Assembly (NCBI RefSeq): GCF_035084215.1
Contig: NC_090333.1
Coordinates: 17,360,001 to 17,424,000, forward strand
Direction: 5' to 3'
Length of the DNA: 64,000 nt
Origin: Heptranchias perlo
Taxonomy: Eukaryota
The notes beneath the pieces were generated by a model. The model searched no databases and was not told the origin of the DNA. It saw only the letters and a program-made list of their open reading frames with translations. Position numbers and translations under genes: made by a program. Of the stretch, positions 1 to 11,988 are shown in pieces (the first letter of the stretch is position 1; every line of letters begins with the position of its first letter).

Positions 1-465
1 CTCCTGCAAAAACTAGACTAGAGGCTAAGGCAAAGGGCGAGAGCATTGTCAGTAAAGCGAAAGGGCGCTCTGACAGTTTGTCTTGTCAGACAGATTCTAC
101 AGTGGACAGCAAAGAGGTCAGTGGGCAGGATGGAAAATCAAACACAGGCGCCCGACCTAAAGTATCTCTCCGTTCTTCCAGTATGCAAGCGAAGATAGGA
201 AAACCGGTGAAGAAAACCGTTCGACCACAAGCCGAAATATCGCAGGCAGAGAAAAATGGGAATAAGTGTAACTCTGACAAGCTGGAGCTTGCAAGCAAGG
301 GCACTACTGCGGTCATAAGCGGACATAGCAGTGGATTACAAGAGGGGAATGCAGTGAGTGAAAGAAACAATCGTGGCAAGAAAATGGCACCTGTCAATAG
401 TCCTGTTGAAAGTGCTGCACAGGAGACTGCAAAGAGCTCAGTTAGCCAGAAGGTTTGCTCTGCAG
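1..465 (+). CDS. BTBD8: BTBD8 internal coding exon (5'-truncated by window)
   Basis: Open frame from position 3 (PAKTRLEAKAKG...SQKVCSA); donor CAG|GTTTGT at 465/466 is the one that keeps the next exon open. Confidence 0.75.
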
Positions 466-3400
466 GTTTGTTGTTTGCAGAGTTAATCATTATTACCTCC
501 ATCCTCCTATTGTCTTTCCACCAGTGTACTGCTATGCTTTAGCAAGATGGTTAGAATGTCCTCAGCTCTGAACTGCACCATAGCTGCCACAATATTGTCT
601 ACATCCAGTGACAAGTACTTGTGCACGACATGCATGATCCACCGCTTTGCTTTACTTTTATTCTTTCCTCTTTCCTGCCCCCCGCAGTCTTTCACTTAAT
701 GTTATGCTTTGTCCAATATCCTGAGGGCTAATTCTCGATCTAAGCCGATTTAAGTGAGAGTTGGGGTTTTAACTTCCGTTCCCCAGGGAATCCAAGGCCG
801 CCACCTTTTTTTATTTTTAAAATCCCCTTTTCAAGAGCTGAATTGAAAGCACTATTCAAGGTGATTGCAGCCTTGCAATTTTAAACCTTTTCAACCCTCA
901 GGATGCGGGTCATCGCCCAACTAGGTTAGCCAGTGAGATTCTCTTCTGCCCCCACCCCCCCGTGCCCATACAGGCTCGCACACACTTTCTCCATCTGCCT
1001 TCATAAGGATGCATGCTCGTTAACCTGGGGATCAGCACTGGTCTCAATTTCAGTGGCCTGCTCTTCTAATATGATGTCTATAAGTTGCAGAGGTGAAAAT
1101 AAGTTTGGTAACGAAATGGGGAAACTGTGAGCAATAATACATTTAAATATCAGCTGTTGTTTTTTCATTTCCTACTTTTCAGTTAGTAGGCCAACAAGTG
1201 TCATCAAAGCAACAAAGACACTTTCTGCATCAATGAAGACCAACAGACCTGTTACCAGTAGGTGAGTAATGTTTTTTCATGAGTGTATGAAAATCACTAT
1301 ATAGAATTTCTTTCCTTCCTCGCTTCATTGAGGGGATCTTTAAATAGGTTCAAAAGTTGCTACTGGGAGGAATGTTGCACTAGTTAATGGTATTACAATG
1401 TTAGGAATCCAAATACTTGGAATCATAGAATGTTACATCAGAAACAGGCCATCAAATCTGCATTGGTCTACCATACTGGAACACCATGGTAAAGTAAGAA
1501 ACTCGTGTATCTCAAATGATTACGATGTGGAGATGCCGATGATGGACTGGGGTTGACAATTGTAAACAATTTTACAACACCAAGTTATAGTCCAGCAATT
1601 TTATTTTAAATTCACAAGCTTTCGGAGGCTTCCTCCTTCCTCAGGTGAATGTTGTGGCAACATTCACCTGAGGAAGGAGGAAGCCTCCGAAAGCTTGTGA
1701 ATTTAAAATAAAATTGCTGGACTATAACTTGGTGTTGTAAAATTGTTTACACTTTTCAAATGATTACAGCACAAAAGAACTTTCGGTGTAAAGGTTAAAA
1801 ATGAAAATGAATCAGTGCATTACCTGATTGCTGTAAATTAAAGACCTTTTTATTAGGCCACATTCAGGTATGTAAAACTTGTTGCAAACTGAATCTGATT
1901 TGTTGTAGTTATGGTGCCCTCTGCTGGATTGATGTAATTCTTTTGCTTAGGATTTAGATAACTTGTGAACACAATCTCTTGAGGGTGTCCAATTTCACTG
2001 AACTGAACATGTGTCTCAGTAATTTAGTTATTTTGCAAGATGATAACTTGCATTAATATAGGGCCTTTAATGTAGAAAAAAAAATCCCAAGATGCTTCAC
2101 AGGTGTAATCAGACAAAAATAGACACCGAGCCAGAGAGGTATTAGGTGGGTTTTAAACTGGGTCTTAAAGGAGGAATGGGAGGTGATCGAGGCAGAAGGG
2201 TTTAGAGAGGGAATTCCAGAGCGTGGGGCCTAGACAACTGGAGGCACGGACGCCAATGGTGGAGTGAAGGGACTAGGGATGCACTAGAGACTGGAGTCAG
2301 GAATAGGGTTATGGGGAGGGTGTAGGGCTGGAGGAGATTAGAGAGATAGGTAGGGGTGAGGCCGTGAAGGGATTTAAACATAAGTTTGAGAATTTTAAGT
2401 TGGAGGTGTTTGGGGTATGTCAGGGAGGACGGGTGGTGGGTGAGTGGGACTTGGTGCGGTATAGGATACAGGCAGCAGAGTTTTAGATGAGCTAAAGTTT
2501 GCAGAGCATGGAGGATGGGAGGCTGACCAGGAGAGCATGGGTATAGTTGAGTCTGGAGGTGACAGACACGCATGAGGGTTTCAGTGGCAGATGGGCTGAG
2601 GTGGACAGTGTTATGGAGGTGGAAGTAGCTGGTGTTTGTGATGGAGAGGATATGGGGTTGAATAGGACGCCAACATTGTGAAAGTCTGCTTCAGTCTGAG
2701 ATGATGGTCGGGATGGGGGTTGAAATCGGTGTCGAGGGCACAAAGTTTGTGGCTGGAGCTGTAAACTATGGGTTTGGTCTCCCAGTTGTTTGCTTGGTGG
2801 AAATTGAGGCTCCTTCAGGACTGGATGAGCAGTCTGACCACACAGAGGCTGGAGGGTTTGAGAGAAATGGTGCAGAGGTAGAGCTGATGAGGGCGTCAGC
2901 ATACATGTGGCAGCTAACCTCCATACCTGCGGATGAATTTGCCAAGGGATACCTTGCAGCCAAGAACACGTCTTTGGGGGGACTGCAGAGGTATTGGTAT
3001 AGGAGCTGGAAGAGAAGCCGTTGCTGGAGATGCTCTGGCTACAGTTGGATAGGTAAGAGTCGAACCAAGTGGGCGCAGTGCCATTGAGCTAGACAATGGA
3101 GGAGAGGGGTTGGAGGAAGATGGCGTGGCTGACCAGTCAAAAGCTGCAAGAGGTCGAGACGGATGAGGAAGGAAAATGCACCACAGTCACAGGATGTCAT
3201 TTGTGACTTTGATTAGGGCTGTTTCAGCCCTGTGTGGGGAGAGAACCTAATTGGAGAGATTCAAACGTGGAACTTCATAAACTATAGTGGTATGAAATTG
3301 CCGTATTGGGAGATTGAATTCAGGACTTACAATGCAATTAGCTAAATTATTTTGTTCACAGTAGCTGCCACCATCCTAGGAGGAAAAGTCTGCAGGGGGC

Positions 3401-6400
3401 AAGGGCACAGACAGTGACTAGCAGCACCCTATAAATAGTAGTGTGGTGCAGCATATTGAAGCTGCACTACACCGTTCTTTAGTAAACATGGACTCCTGAT
3501 TTCCCTCCCCAACATAAGTTTCCAATTTTAAATGTGGTGCCGGCGAAGGTGCCAAGTGGAGGCCAGGCAGAAACCGGGGTGGGGGGAGCAAAACACAAAT
3601 GATTGAGGGGGGAATAAAGGTTTTGGTGTTGCTACATTCATCTCTTTTCATATGTCTATCTGTAAGGGGGCTTGATTCTCTCAGCAGTTTACTAGTCTCT
3701 GGTTCCCTTTCTATCTCTGTCTCTTCCTGGCTGTCTGCTATTTAAAATTCTGCTTTTCTGCCACTCCCTGTAGTTCCATTGATGATGAGCACCAAGTGTA
3801 CTTGACATCACCCTGGATGCCAAAATAGGCACCTCCACATGTGCAGTAAAGGTAGTACTCAAACAAGGGACTTGCTGTGGATGTGGATGAGCTCTGCACA
3901 GTAGTCAAGAGCAGTGTGCAAGGTTTCATGGCTGACTCTGTTGCTGGACGAATCTGTCGTGATTCTCCGAGGTTCTCTGCATTGCCCGAGTAGCTGCCAT
4001 TTAGAATCGTTTCTTTTGCCAGATTCATGGTACCTGATTATGGTTCCGTAAGCAACATTGCATCCACTATCCCAGAGAGAGGAAACTCCTATAAATTACA
4101 GTAGGCCGGCCAGGCACCAATATAAGTAGATGCCCGTAGACTAACACTTCCCCCTGAAAGGAGTTTTGAATTCATGTTCATATAATAAAAATTGGTGCAG
4201 TTCCCCCACTGGCTCGGAGGAATTGCACCACACGAAGTGGCCTTGACTTCCAACAGACCAAACAGTACATGGCCCGTGTTGAGTTAGCCGATTTCAACGG
4301 GTGTTATAGTGGTGCCATGTTTGGCCTTGGTTTCTCTGGGTTAGGGAAGGAAAGAATTAGCCACTGTTTAAATTCTGCTCGCTACCTAATTGCCCCTGTG
4401 GAAATTGGATGAATGTCAGGTGCTAACACGTTATGGCCACCAGGGTAAGGTAGCAGAAGGCTACTGCTGCCATGGAATTGTATTCCAGCAGCTGCCTTTT
4501 GGGGGGGTACAAAAAGGAGAGAGACAGAGAGAAAATAGGCACAGAAGCAATTATTTGTTGATTTTGAGGAGCATGATTATCAACAATGCTTCAGTGGCTC
4601 TAATTTAAAAGAAATCCATAAATTGAAATATAAATGAAATTCTTGTTAAACTGTGTGTAAGTAACTTGCCAAAAGGAAATATGGATAATATATTACCTAC
4701 TTCTGATCAGTTCTAACGTGAATTGTCACATTTGAACACACAAGCAAAGCTTTGAACTCGTGAGCAAACTGTTGAACTCGTCAACAGAATTTATTTTTAC
4801 AGAATTGCAACTAATTTTGTAATTAACACAAATTACTGTCGTTGATTGGATTGCGTATTCCCAATCATATGTTGGTTTGGCCGCAGGAAAAACATGACTC
4901 TTTTATATAACTTTCAACTGTTATATAAATCTGTTTGGGATCCAAAAATAGTCTTAATCATGGAATGATACTGCACAGACGGAAGCCATTTATCCCATCG
5001 TGTCTGTTCCGGCTCTTTGAAAGAGCTATCTAATTAGTCCCACACCTCTGCTCTTTCCCCATAACCCTGCAAATTTTCCCCACTTCAAGTATTTATTCAA
5101 TTCCCTTCTGAAAGTTACTATTGAATCTGCTTCCATCACCCTTTCAGGCAGTGCATTCCAGATCATAACAACTCGCTATGTTTAAAAAAAAATTTCCTCT
5201 TGTTCTTTTGCCAATTACCTTAAATCTGTGTCCTCTGGTTACCGACCCATCTGCCACTGGAAACAGTTTCTCCTTATTTACTCTATCAAAAACCTTAAAG
5301 ATTTTGAACCTCAATTAAATCTCACCTCTGCTCCGAGGAAAACAACTCCAGTCTCTCCACGTAACTGGAGCCTTTCATCCCTGGTAGCATTCTAGTAAAT
5401 CTCCTCTGCATTCTCTCTAAGGCCATGACACGATGAACCAAATTGATTTGCAAAGGCAAAAGTAACAGCTGAAGCTTTGCCAAGGTGGGAGGTAATGTGC
5501 ATTTCATTGTGGGGTTGTGATGGATTGCTGCTTTTATAGCTAATGCTGTTTCACAGACTTAAAACTGAACATGGAGTGACTTTTGTTGTGTGTCTCTGGT
5601 AGTGTGCCAAACAAACAGAAGGCACAAAATAGAGATGAAGGGATGTCACCGGCTCATGTGAAGAAAACCTGGAATAGCAGCAGTAACCCCTCTGCTCAGC
5701 AAAGAGCAAAGAGTGCACCTGGGGCAGCAGTCAAAGCTAAAGGTACTACTTACAACCCATAGTGTTTATTTTTGCAAATGATGGATATTAGAAAGTAAGC
5801 AAGCTGTAAGCAGCAATTTCAAAATCTACTTCTCAAAATGTTGTGTATTCATAATAGCCAAACCGGTAGTGGACCTTGTCATCAGTGTCTGTCTGATAGA
5901 GACAGAGATATACAGATAGACATGGAGATAGTTTAGCTGAATTTTTGCCAAAAAGATTATGTTGACGGGGGTGTTGCCAGGTGCTCATTGATTACACAGA
6001 CCCAGTTTGCTGCTTCACTAACTCAACAGTATCATGTTGACCTGGTTAAACGATGACTCTTTGTAAATTCTAGCAAACCAATTCATTAGTGTTTTCCCTT
6101 CAATTAAAAAAAGCTCCACATTGATTTTTGCAGTGATAAATTTTGCTCGTGTTATGCTTTCAAACCACAAAACTTTCTCTGTTGGAGATCTTCAGCTTTC
6201 AAAAAGCATCATAATGGATTAATGCTGCTGCAAGTTTAAGCACAGCCTTTTCCTTAGATGTTTAATCTCCTTGGGCGGGGGTACACAAGCCAACATTTTT
6301 CTAGGAGTGCTGTGCAGCATAATAAACTGTTATGTTACTGATTTAAACTCTGGTGATGAATTAATTTTTCTGTGTGAACAATTTAGGTTGGAACTGTGGG

Positions 6401-9400
6401 CCTACTGCTAGGTATGAAGCTGTACAGACCAGAAGACGCTGGTTCCATTCTCAGGCTGTACCGAGTTAGCTAATCTCAGCCAGGATAGCAGTTCGGGTGC
6501 TACATTTGGCCTCAGCACTCTGTGCTAGGGAAGGGAAAAGTCAGACGTGGATGCTGATTTTGATTGCCTGTGACCTATAAAACTGGAAAGTGCGTGGGTG
6601 ATATGAACATTGAATGAGAACAGGATGAGGTTCAGTTATGATGCTCCCTGTGATAAAATAGCCTGTCCAGGCTCAAATTAAGATTGGATGAGGTAACTGA
6701 GAGCTGCTCTAACCAATGGATCAGTGACCCAGCAGGACCCAGTGTTGTGAAATGCCTTTTCTTAAAAAAAAAGGCAATAATGCAATTTGAAATAACAAAC
6801 CAAGGAATTGTGGGCTAAAAAGTTCACAATATGTTGGGATTTAAAAGGCTTCTGACCTCTTTGACTTATCCTATTTTATACAATTGATTTTGTTTCAATT
6901 AAATTGCTATTCAAAGAGTAAGTGCCTTTATAAAACCAGAATAACTCCTTTGAATTGGAAGAGTTAGTAGAAATTTTAATTTTCACACATTTATGAAATA
7001 TCTGACTGATTCTCTAAAACTTAAAAATAAAAGTAGCAGCATAAAAATTATATAAAGGCCATCGTGGGGTCAAAGTTAATGTATTAAAATTGGTAGTGAC
7101 ATTTCAAATCTGAAGGGTCGTTGAAGTCTCCAATTGCACTTTAATGCTACTTTTATGGAGCACATTAAAGAGTAATATATTTGTTTAATCTTTGTTGTCC
7201 TTTATAGGTGAAGTAGTTCAAATATATTTAAGTCTTTCAGAATTGTAAGGTATGAAATACGTATTTGCAATTTTAACCCTTTTGTCATTTTAGATCCAAA
7301 AGGAGAGACAGTGGGTTTAGAAAAAACAGGGCCTGCTTCGGAACGGAGTGATTCATCGAAGCAGGCTGTCAAAGCTCCAAACTGTGAAAAAACAATTGCT
7401 ACAAATGAAATGCTTACAAAAGCTAATACATCTAAAACAGTGAAAACAGTTACTCCCACTGTAGCGAAGACAAATATTAAGAGAATGACGCAAACTGGCA
7501 CCACAAGTCCAAAGACACCCATTAATTCGAATAAGGTTGCACTGAAAGAGAAAAGCGCATCACTGACCAATGTAAGAAAACCATCAACTAAATTGCTTAC
7601 AGCGACAAACAAAACAGGTTCTGGCCTGAAAAGATCTACCTCTAGTTGTCATGACAAGGCAGCCCCAAATTCTCTACGCCGTGATGTGAAAAGTGCAGCA
7701 CAGATAAAAAATGAATCTGGTTGTGTCGAAAATTATCAAATGGGAGCAAATAATCAGTCAGAACATACCCAGAATACAGAAGTACAATCAAGTGCTCTGC
7801 CAAGAGATAGTAAGTTGGGTGAAGGAGAGCAAGTCGTGACGAGTGTACTTGCACAACAAATCTTGAACTCAGGCAATCTATCTGACTTTGCTGAAAAGGC
7901 AAATGATCATACATTAGAACAAATTCACACGACTTCAGTGGTGAATATTGTGGCTGATTCTGAAGGCCATACAGCTCAGCAGCCATCTGAAGACATTGGG
8001 CAATCATACGTAAAGTCAAATCTGCGTAAAGCTCAAGATCGGTCTTCAGCAATTGCAAATAAGGAATTCCCAAATGATGGTGTTGATCTTACTTCTGAAA
8101 CAAAGCTACGAATTCTTAATGAATGTGAGAAAACAAAGGACGGCTATCTTCAAAAAGGAAGTACTTACGCTACAGAAATTAAATCTGGTCATCTTTTTAC
8201 AGATGGTGTAAGTGAAGCACGGACTCTTGTAAACAAAGATATATTTGAACTAAATGATACAACAATGCCTGCTCGTTCATTTGACCAAACCAGTGGTGCT
8301 GCGAAATGTAGCTTAAACCAAGGTGAAGAACAAGTTCTGTCAGACTTACCTAAAGAAATAGATACACCAGGGATCCCTGGAAGTCATGAGGATTCGGAAA
8401 CTCCACTAGTGGAAACTTGGAATTTGGGTACCGAGGTCTATCCAGCTTCAGATACGTCTTTCCCAAAACAAAGCCCAGACACTGACACTGGAAGTGCAAC
8501 AACGTCCTCTGATGATATAAAACCTAATTCGGAGGACTATGATGCTGGAGGTTCCCAAGATGATGATGGGTCAAATGAGCGGGGGATTTCCAAGTGCAGT
8601 ACAGTTGTATGTCATGATTTTCTCGGGAGAAGTAGCAGTGACACAAGCACACCAGAAGAACTAAAGGAGTATGACAGTGGATTAAGAGTGGAAGTAAAAG
8701 TGAAAGATAAAGAGCTTCATGGTCAGACAAGAGGTGCTAGTACAAGAGAATCAGTAAATAATCACTGTTTCGAAATCTCTCATCAAGGAAATAAAGCAAT
8801 CGAAAGAGGTGGTGAAGAAGACACTGTGCCTGTTGGTGATAAATTAGATGCTGCCTCAGACCTCTTGTCGTCTTCGTGTGAAGTGACTGAAGAAGATAAG
8901 TCAGAAATTGAGAACACAGAGGAAATCTTCCCTCCCACTGTTCCTGTTCCTCCCCCACCTCCCCCTCCCGAGCAGGGCATTTACCACTTTCAGGGTATTG
9001 ACAACCTGGCTTTTGAAGATGTAACTGAAAACGAGACAGAGGTTACAAACTTTCCTTCGGCTGCAAATTTCAAGCGTTCTGTTCTGCTGTCCGTGGATGA
9101 ATGTGAGGAGCTAGGTTCTGACGAGGGAGAAGCTGAAACTCCTGCCTGCTCCTTGGATTCTCTTACTCCCTCTGATGTATTTGATGGTGTTTCCCATGAG
9201 GGTGGTCACCAACAACATGGTAGAACTTACTATTCTCGATATTCACTGGAAATTGAAGATGGTTTTTTGGACTGTGACCAGCAGGACCAGGAGAAGGACA
9301 AAAAGCAATCTAAAATCTCCAGTCCTCCGCTATCTGCAGCTGGACCTAGTGTGGTAGCTAATGATGCACCACTGCAGCTCGCTCCAACAGAAATAGAACA

Positions 9401-11988
9401 GGCAAAAGAAGTCAGTATTGCACCAGTTGCTCACCATCTTTTTGCTGACTCACTTGGTGAAGGAGAAAATAAGCTTGTAGAAAAACACTGGATGGTAGCA
9501 AGCATGCTGGAGAACCAGTATGAGGATAGCATGTTGCCTGAAAAAAATAACATCCAGCCCACTGGTGGTGGTGACAGTAGACCTCAGGAAAGACCCTGTC
9601 ATTTGCAGCTCTGCCAAAAGGGGCATTCTTCCAATGTACATAGCGACAGCTTTGCAGCAGACGACCTTGATACAAGTGAGCATTTAGCTAACATGGGAAA
9701 AGGTCATGTTCAAGGGTACTACTCAGCATCCAGTGAGCAAACTAATAATACTTTGCCAGCAGGTAATGTATATTGTAATTAACCTTTGATACCAACAGAA
9801 AGCACTTGGTCTACAGTCAGCAGTTAGCTTTTGAGCTGCTGTGCCAAATTGCACAAATGTAGGGGGGAGAAAGGTAAGACCACATCAGTTTAGTTTGTAG
9901 ACCTATGGGAATTTTTAGTTGAAATAACAATGTCAAGGGGGGTTTCAAGGTACAAAAAGTGGGAATATATCTTGTATTGTTAAATGTGAACATTGTACAT
10001 TTTTCCCAGTAAATGTTAGCATGAATACTATGAGAGTTTAGTTATTTCATATCTAATTATACAATGACTTGTTAAAAGTAAAAAAAAATCTGCACTCCAG
10101 AATCTTCTGACCATTTTCTATATATGACTTTAAAGATCATTTAGCCAAAACCATGTATTTGATATATATGTAATATAACTTAATGTGTTAAACCAGATGC
10201 TGGTAAGTGGACCTTCATGGAGGTCTATTGCACGTTGAATCCATGGAGATAGGCATGCAAGATCAAACCAACACACAGCCCTTCAAGCAGTTAGAATGCC
10301 AAAGTATTTAGATTTAGAGGGCTAGTTGCAAAGTGATTTGCAAGCAAGTGTTTTTTCACATTTGTTGATCAGATGAGTGGGGTGTGGTCTCCAGAGATGT
10401 GGGAAAATGTTACTAATCCCATCGATGAGTAAATCTAAACTACATTTGCACTGAAATGTTAATAGTAGCACTTGTATACTGTTCTGTAAATCAAAATAAA
10501 TTAGATTTGAGGTAACTGTCCAGCAGCATAATGTATTGTGGATACTGTACTTGTTTTGTCCAGAATGTAATTTAAAATTATTTGTGCTTGTATTCCTAAT
10601 TTAAATTATGCCAAATGTATTTAAATGATTGTCTAATTGATGGCTCTCTGGTTTAATTAGCAATGACAATTAAGATTCTTACTGTTTTTTGATTGATGAA
10701 TGGTTGATCTTTTAGCTGATTTACTAACCTAATAAACTGCATCGGATTTTCCTGACCTTTTTTATTTTTTTAATTTGTTATATTAGAAAGTGTAACAGTA
10801 TACAGAGCATCAAATCGGACTAAACCGGCACACAGAACATTAACATGTGGTATGCAGCACCTGCAATTAAAATCATGAAAATGAAGGCTTAACTGAATTT
10901 TTTAAAAATGCATTAAATCAGCAAATCACATTTTGATCAATTAGTAGTAGCTGAATCATGAGGGCAATTTTATCCAGGGCTAGCAGTCTGTCCACAGGGA
11001 TTACAGTATTATCCATAAACTATACAATGTCCTCTTACTTTCCCTTTTACTGGAATCAAAGGCTCCAAAATGATCATAGGACAGTGTAATGGGTTTGTCA
11101 AAAATTCCTCTGCTGTTTTAGCAGAGGCATTAATTTTAAACCAGTGAATACCTCTGTTATAGTAAGAGAAGGAATTTCAGAAGAATGTCGAGTATCATAC
11201 GATATTTTCCAACGGTATAATTTCAGTGCCAGTGTTTCTGGGTTAACTAATTGGATTATATTAATACTTTTACTTTGATCATTCCCATTTTTTGCCATGT
11301 ATACTTGTGTTAATTTCATGCTTGTTTGCCTATATTAATTTCTATCCTGCCGCCGCCCTCAAGTCAGTCAGAAACCGGTTTATAATTTAGTGATAGTTAT
11401 CATTGCAATCAGTGTTTTAAAGTTAATCAAATACTCCAAGGTAGTCTGCAGCAGTCCCAATTGAAATACCTACTTATATCAGAATTTTTACAATGTTTAG
11501 TATTATGAATTGTTTCAGGAGACTTAGCTGATAGCGACAGATCGCAAAGCTACACATATGATCGTCGCCCTTCAAAAACCCTTTCTCCCATTTACGAGAT
11601 GGAAATAACGGAAGATATGGACCAGCGCTCAGAGATAGAAGTGAGCCATGCGCATCAGGAAGAAAATGAACACTTTGCAGAAAGAGACTGGATACTTCTT
11701 AAGCAGCTACTGGGAGATCAGGAGCCAAATTATGGGGTTGTTAACTGTCTGCCTGAAGATGTCAACCTAGCACAGTATCTTATCAACCAAACACTTTTCC
11801 TTTCTAGAGATGCTTCTAAGACTTTAGGTAAAATTGCAGTTGAAAAAGAGGCACTGTGTAAATGGACTGAACAACTATCTCCTTTGGAAGACTCTACAGC
11901 TAGCATTACAGTGGCTAGTTTTTCCCCAGAAGAATCTGTGTCCCCGCAGGGGGAATGGACAATTGTAGAACTGGAAACTCATCACTAG
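1..11988 (+). CDS. BTBD8: BTBD8/KIAA1107 (APache, AP2-interacting clathrin-endocytosis protein), 3' portion of a multi-exon gene; 5' end lies outside the window
   Basis: Exons <1-465, 1183-1261, 5603-5742, 7294-9762, 11519-11988 join through GT-AG junctions in one open frame (phases 1,2,1,1). Motifs GSATTSSDDIKP, DYDAGGSQDDDGSNERGISKCST, DFLGRSSSDTSTPEELK and C-terminal SPQGEWTIVELETHH match KIAA1107 as recalled; synteny with C1orf146-GLMN-RPAP2. Confidence 0.9.
1183..1261 (+). CDS. BTBD8: BTBD8 coding exon (79 nt)
   Basis: Pyrimidine tract + CAG acceptor, donor AG|GTGAGT; VSRPTSVIKATKTLSASMKTNRPVTS. Confidence 0.8.
1524..1755. mobile_element. Penelope-like pseudo-LTR-derived insertion forming a perfect 94-bp inverted repeat
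   Basis: Arms 1561-1654 and 1658-1751 are exact reverse complements; flanked by 12-bp direct repeat TCAAATGATTAC (1512-1523, 1756-1767); GATGTGGAGATGCCG/GGACTATAAC..GGTGTTGT motifs resemble shark Penelope termini. Confidence 0.8.
1662..1702 (+). ncRNA. Minimal type I hammerhead ribozyme motif (mirror copy on - strand at 1610-1650)
   Basis: ATTCAC-CTGAGGA-A-GGAGG aag CCTCC-GAAA-GCT-T-GTGAAT: stem I ATTCAC/GTGAAT, CUGANGA core, 5-bp stem II, GAAA, self-complementary AGCU stem III. Confidence 0.65.
2040..3270 (-). mobile_element. Decayed L2-type LINE 3' fragment
   Basis: Minus-strand RT C-terminal remnants (VTSRLNYTHALLVSLPSS, FKSLHGLTPTYLSNLLQPY) with stops/frameshifts; same family as 19400-20160 and 52560-53345. 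Confidence 0.75.
4955..5430 (-). mobile_element. CR1 LINE 3' fragment
   Basis: ALERMQRRFTRMLPG motif and CR1 3' tail. Confidence 0.8.
5603..5742 (+). CDS. BTBD8: BTBD8 coding exon (140 nt)
   Basis: TAG acceptor, AAG|GTACT donor; VPNKQKAQNRDEGMSPAHVKK...QQRAKSAPG; phases fit both neighbours. Confidence 0.75.
6380..6775 (+). mobile_element. LF-SINE-like SINE copy (related copies ~4200-4530, 26460-26850, 34110-34450, 35290-35405, 48360-48710, 48900-49320, 59020-59275)
   Basis: Recurrent core GAGTTAGCTNATCTCAGC...TACAATTGGCCTCAGC...CTAGGGAAGGGAAAA...GCTGGAAAGTG in diverged form on both strands; family assignment from memory of the LF-SINE consensus. Confidence 0.6.
7294..9762 (+). CDS. BTBD8: BTBD8 giant coding exon (2469 nt, KIAA1107 region)
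   Basis: ORF 7311-9782; acceptor TTTTAG at 7293, donor CAG|GTAATG at 9762. Confidence 0.92.
11519..11988 (+). CDS. BTBD8: BTBD8 last coding exon
   Basis: Acceptor TTTCAG; DRRPSKTLSPIYEM...GEWTIVELETHH*; stop TAG ends at 11988. Confidence 0.92.

Noticed and set aside
452-454. Alternative BTBD8 donor AAG|GTTTGC at 452
   Set aside because: Puts the 1183 exon in a frame with a stop; donor 465 keeps the frame open.
3500-4200. Possible Harbinger or other DNA-transposon relic (ORF 3738-4028)
   Set aside because: No convincing TIR/TSD or protein motif visible.
7202-9683. Several minus-strand ORFs opposite the BTBD8 giant exon
   Set aside because: Shadow ORFs of a long coding exon.
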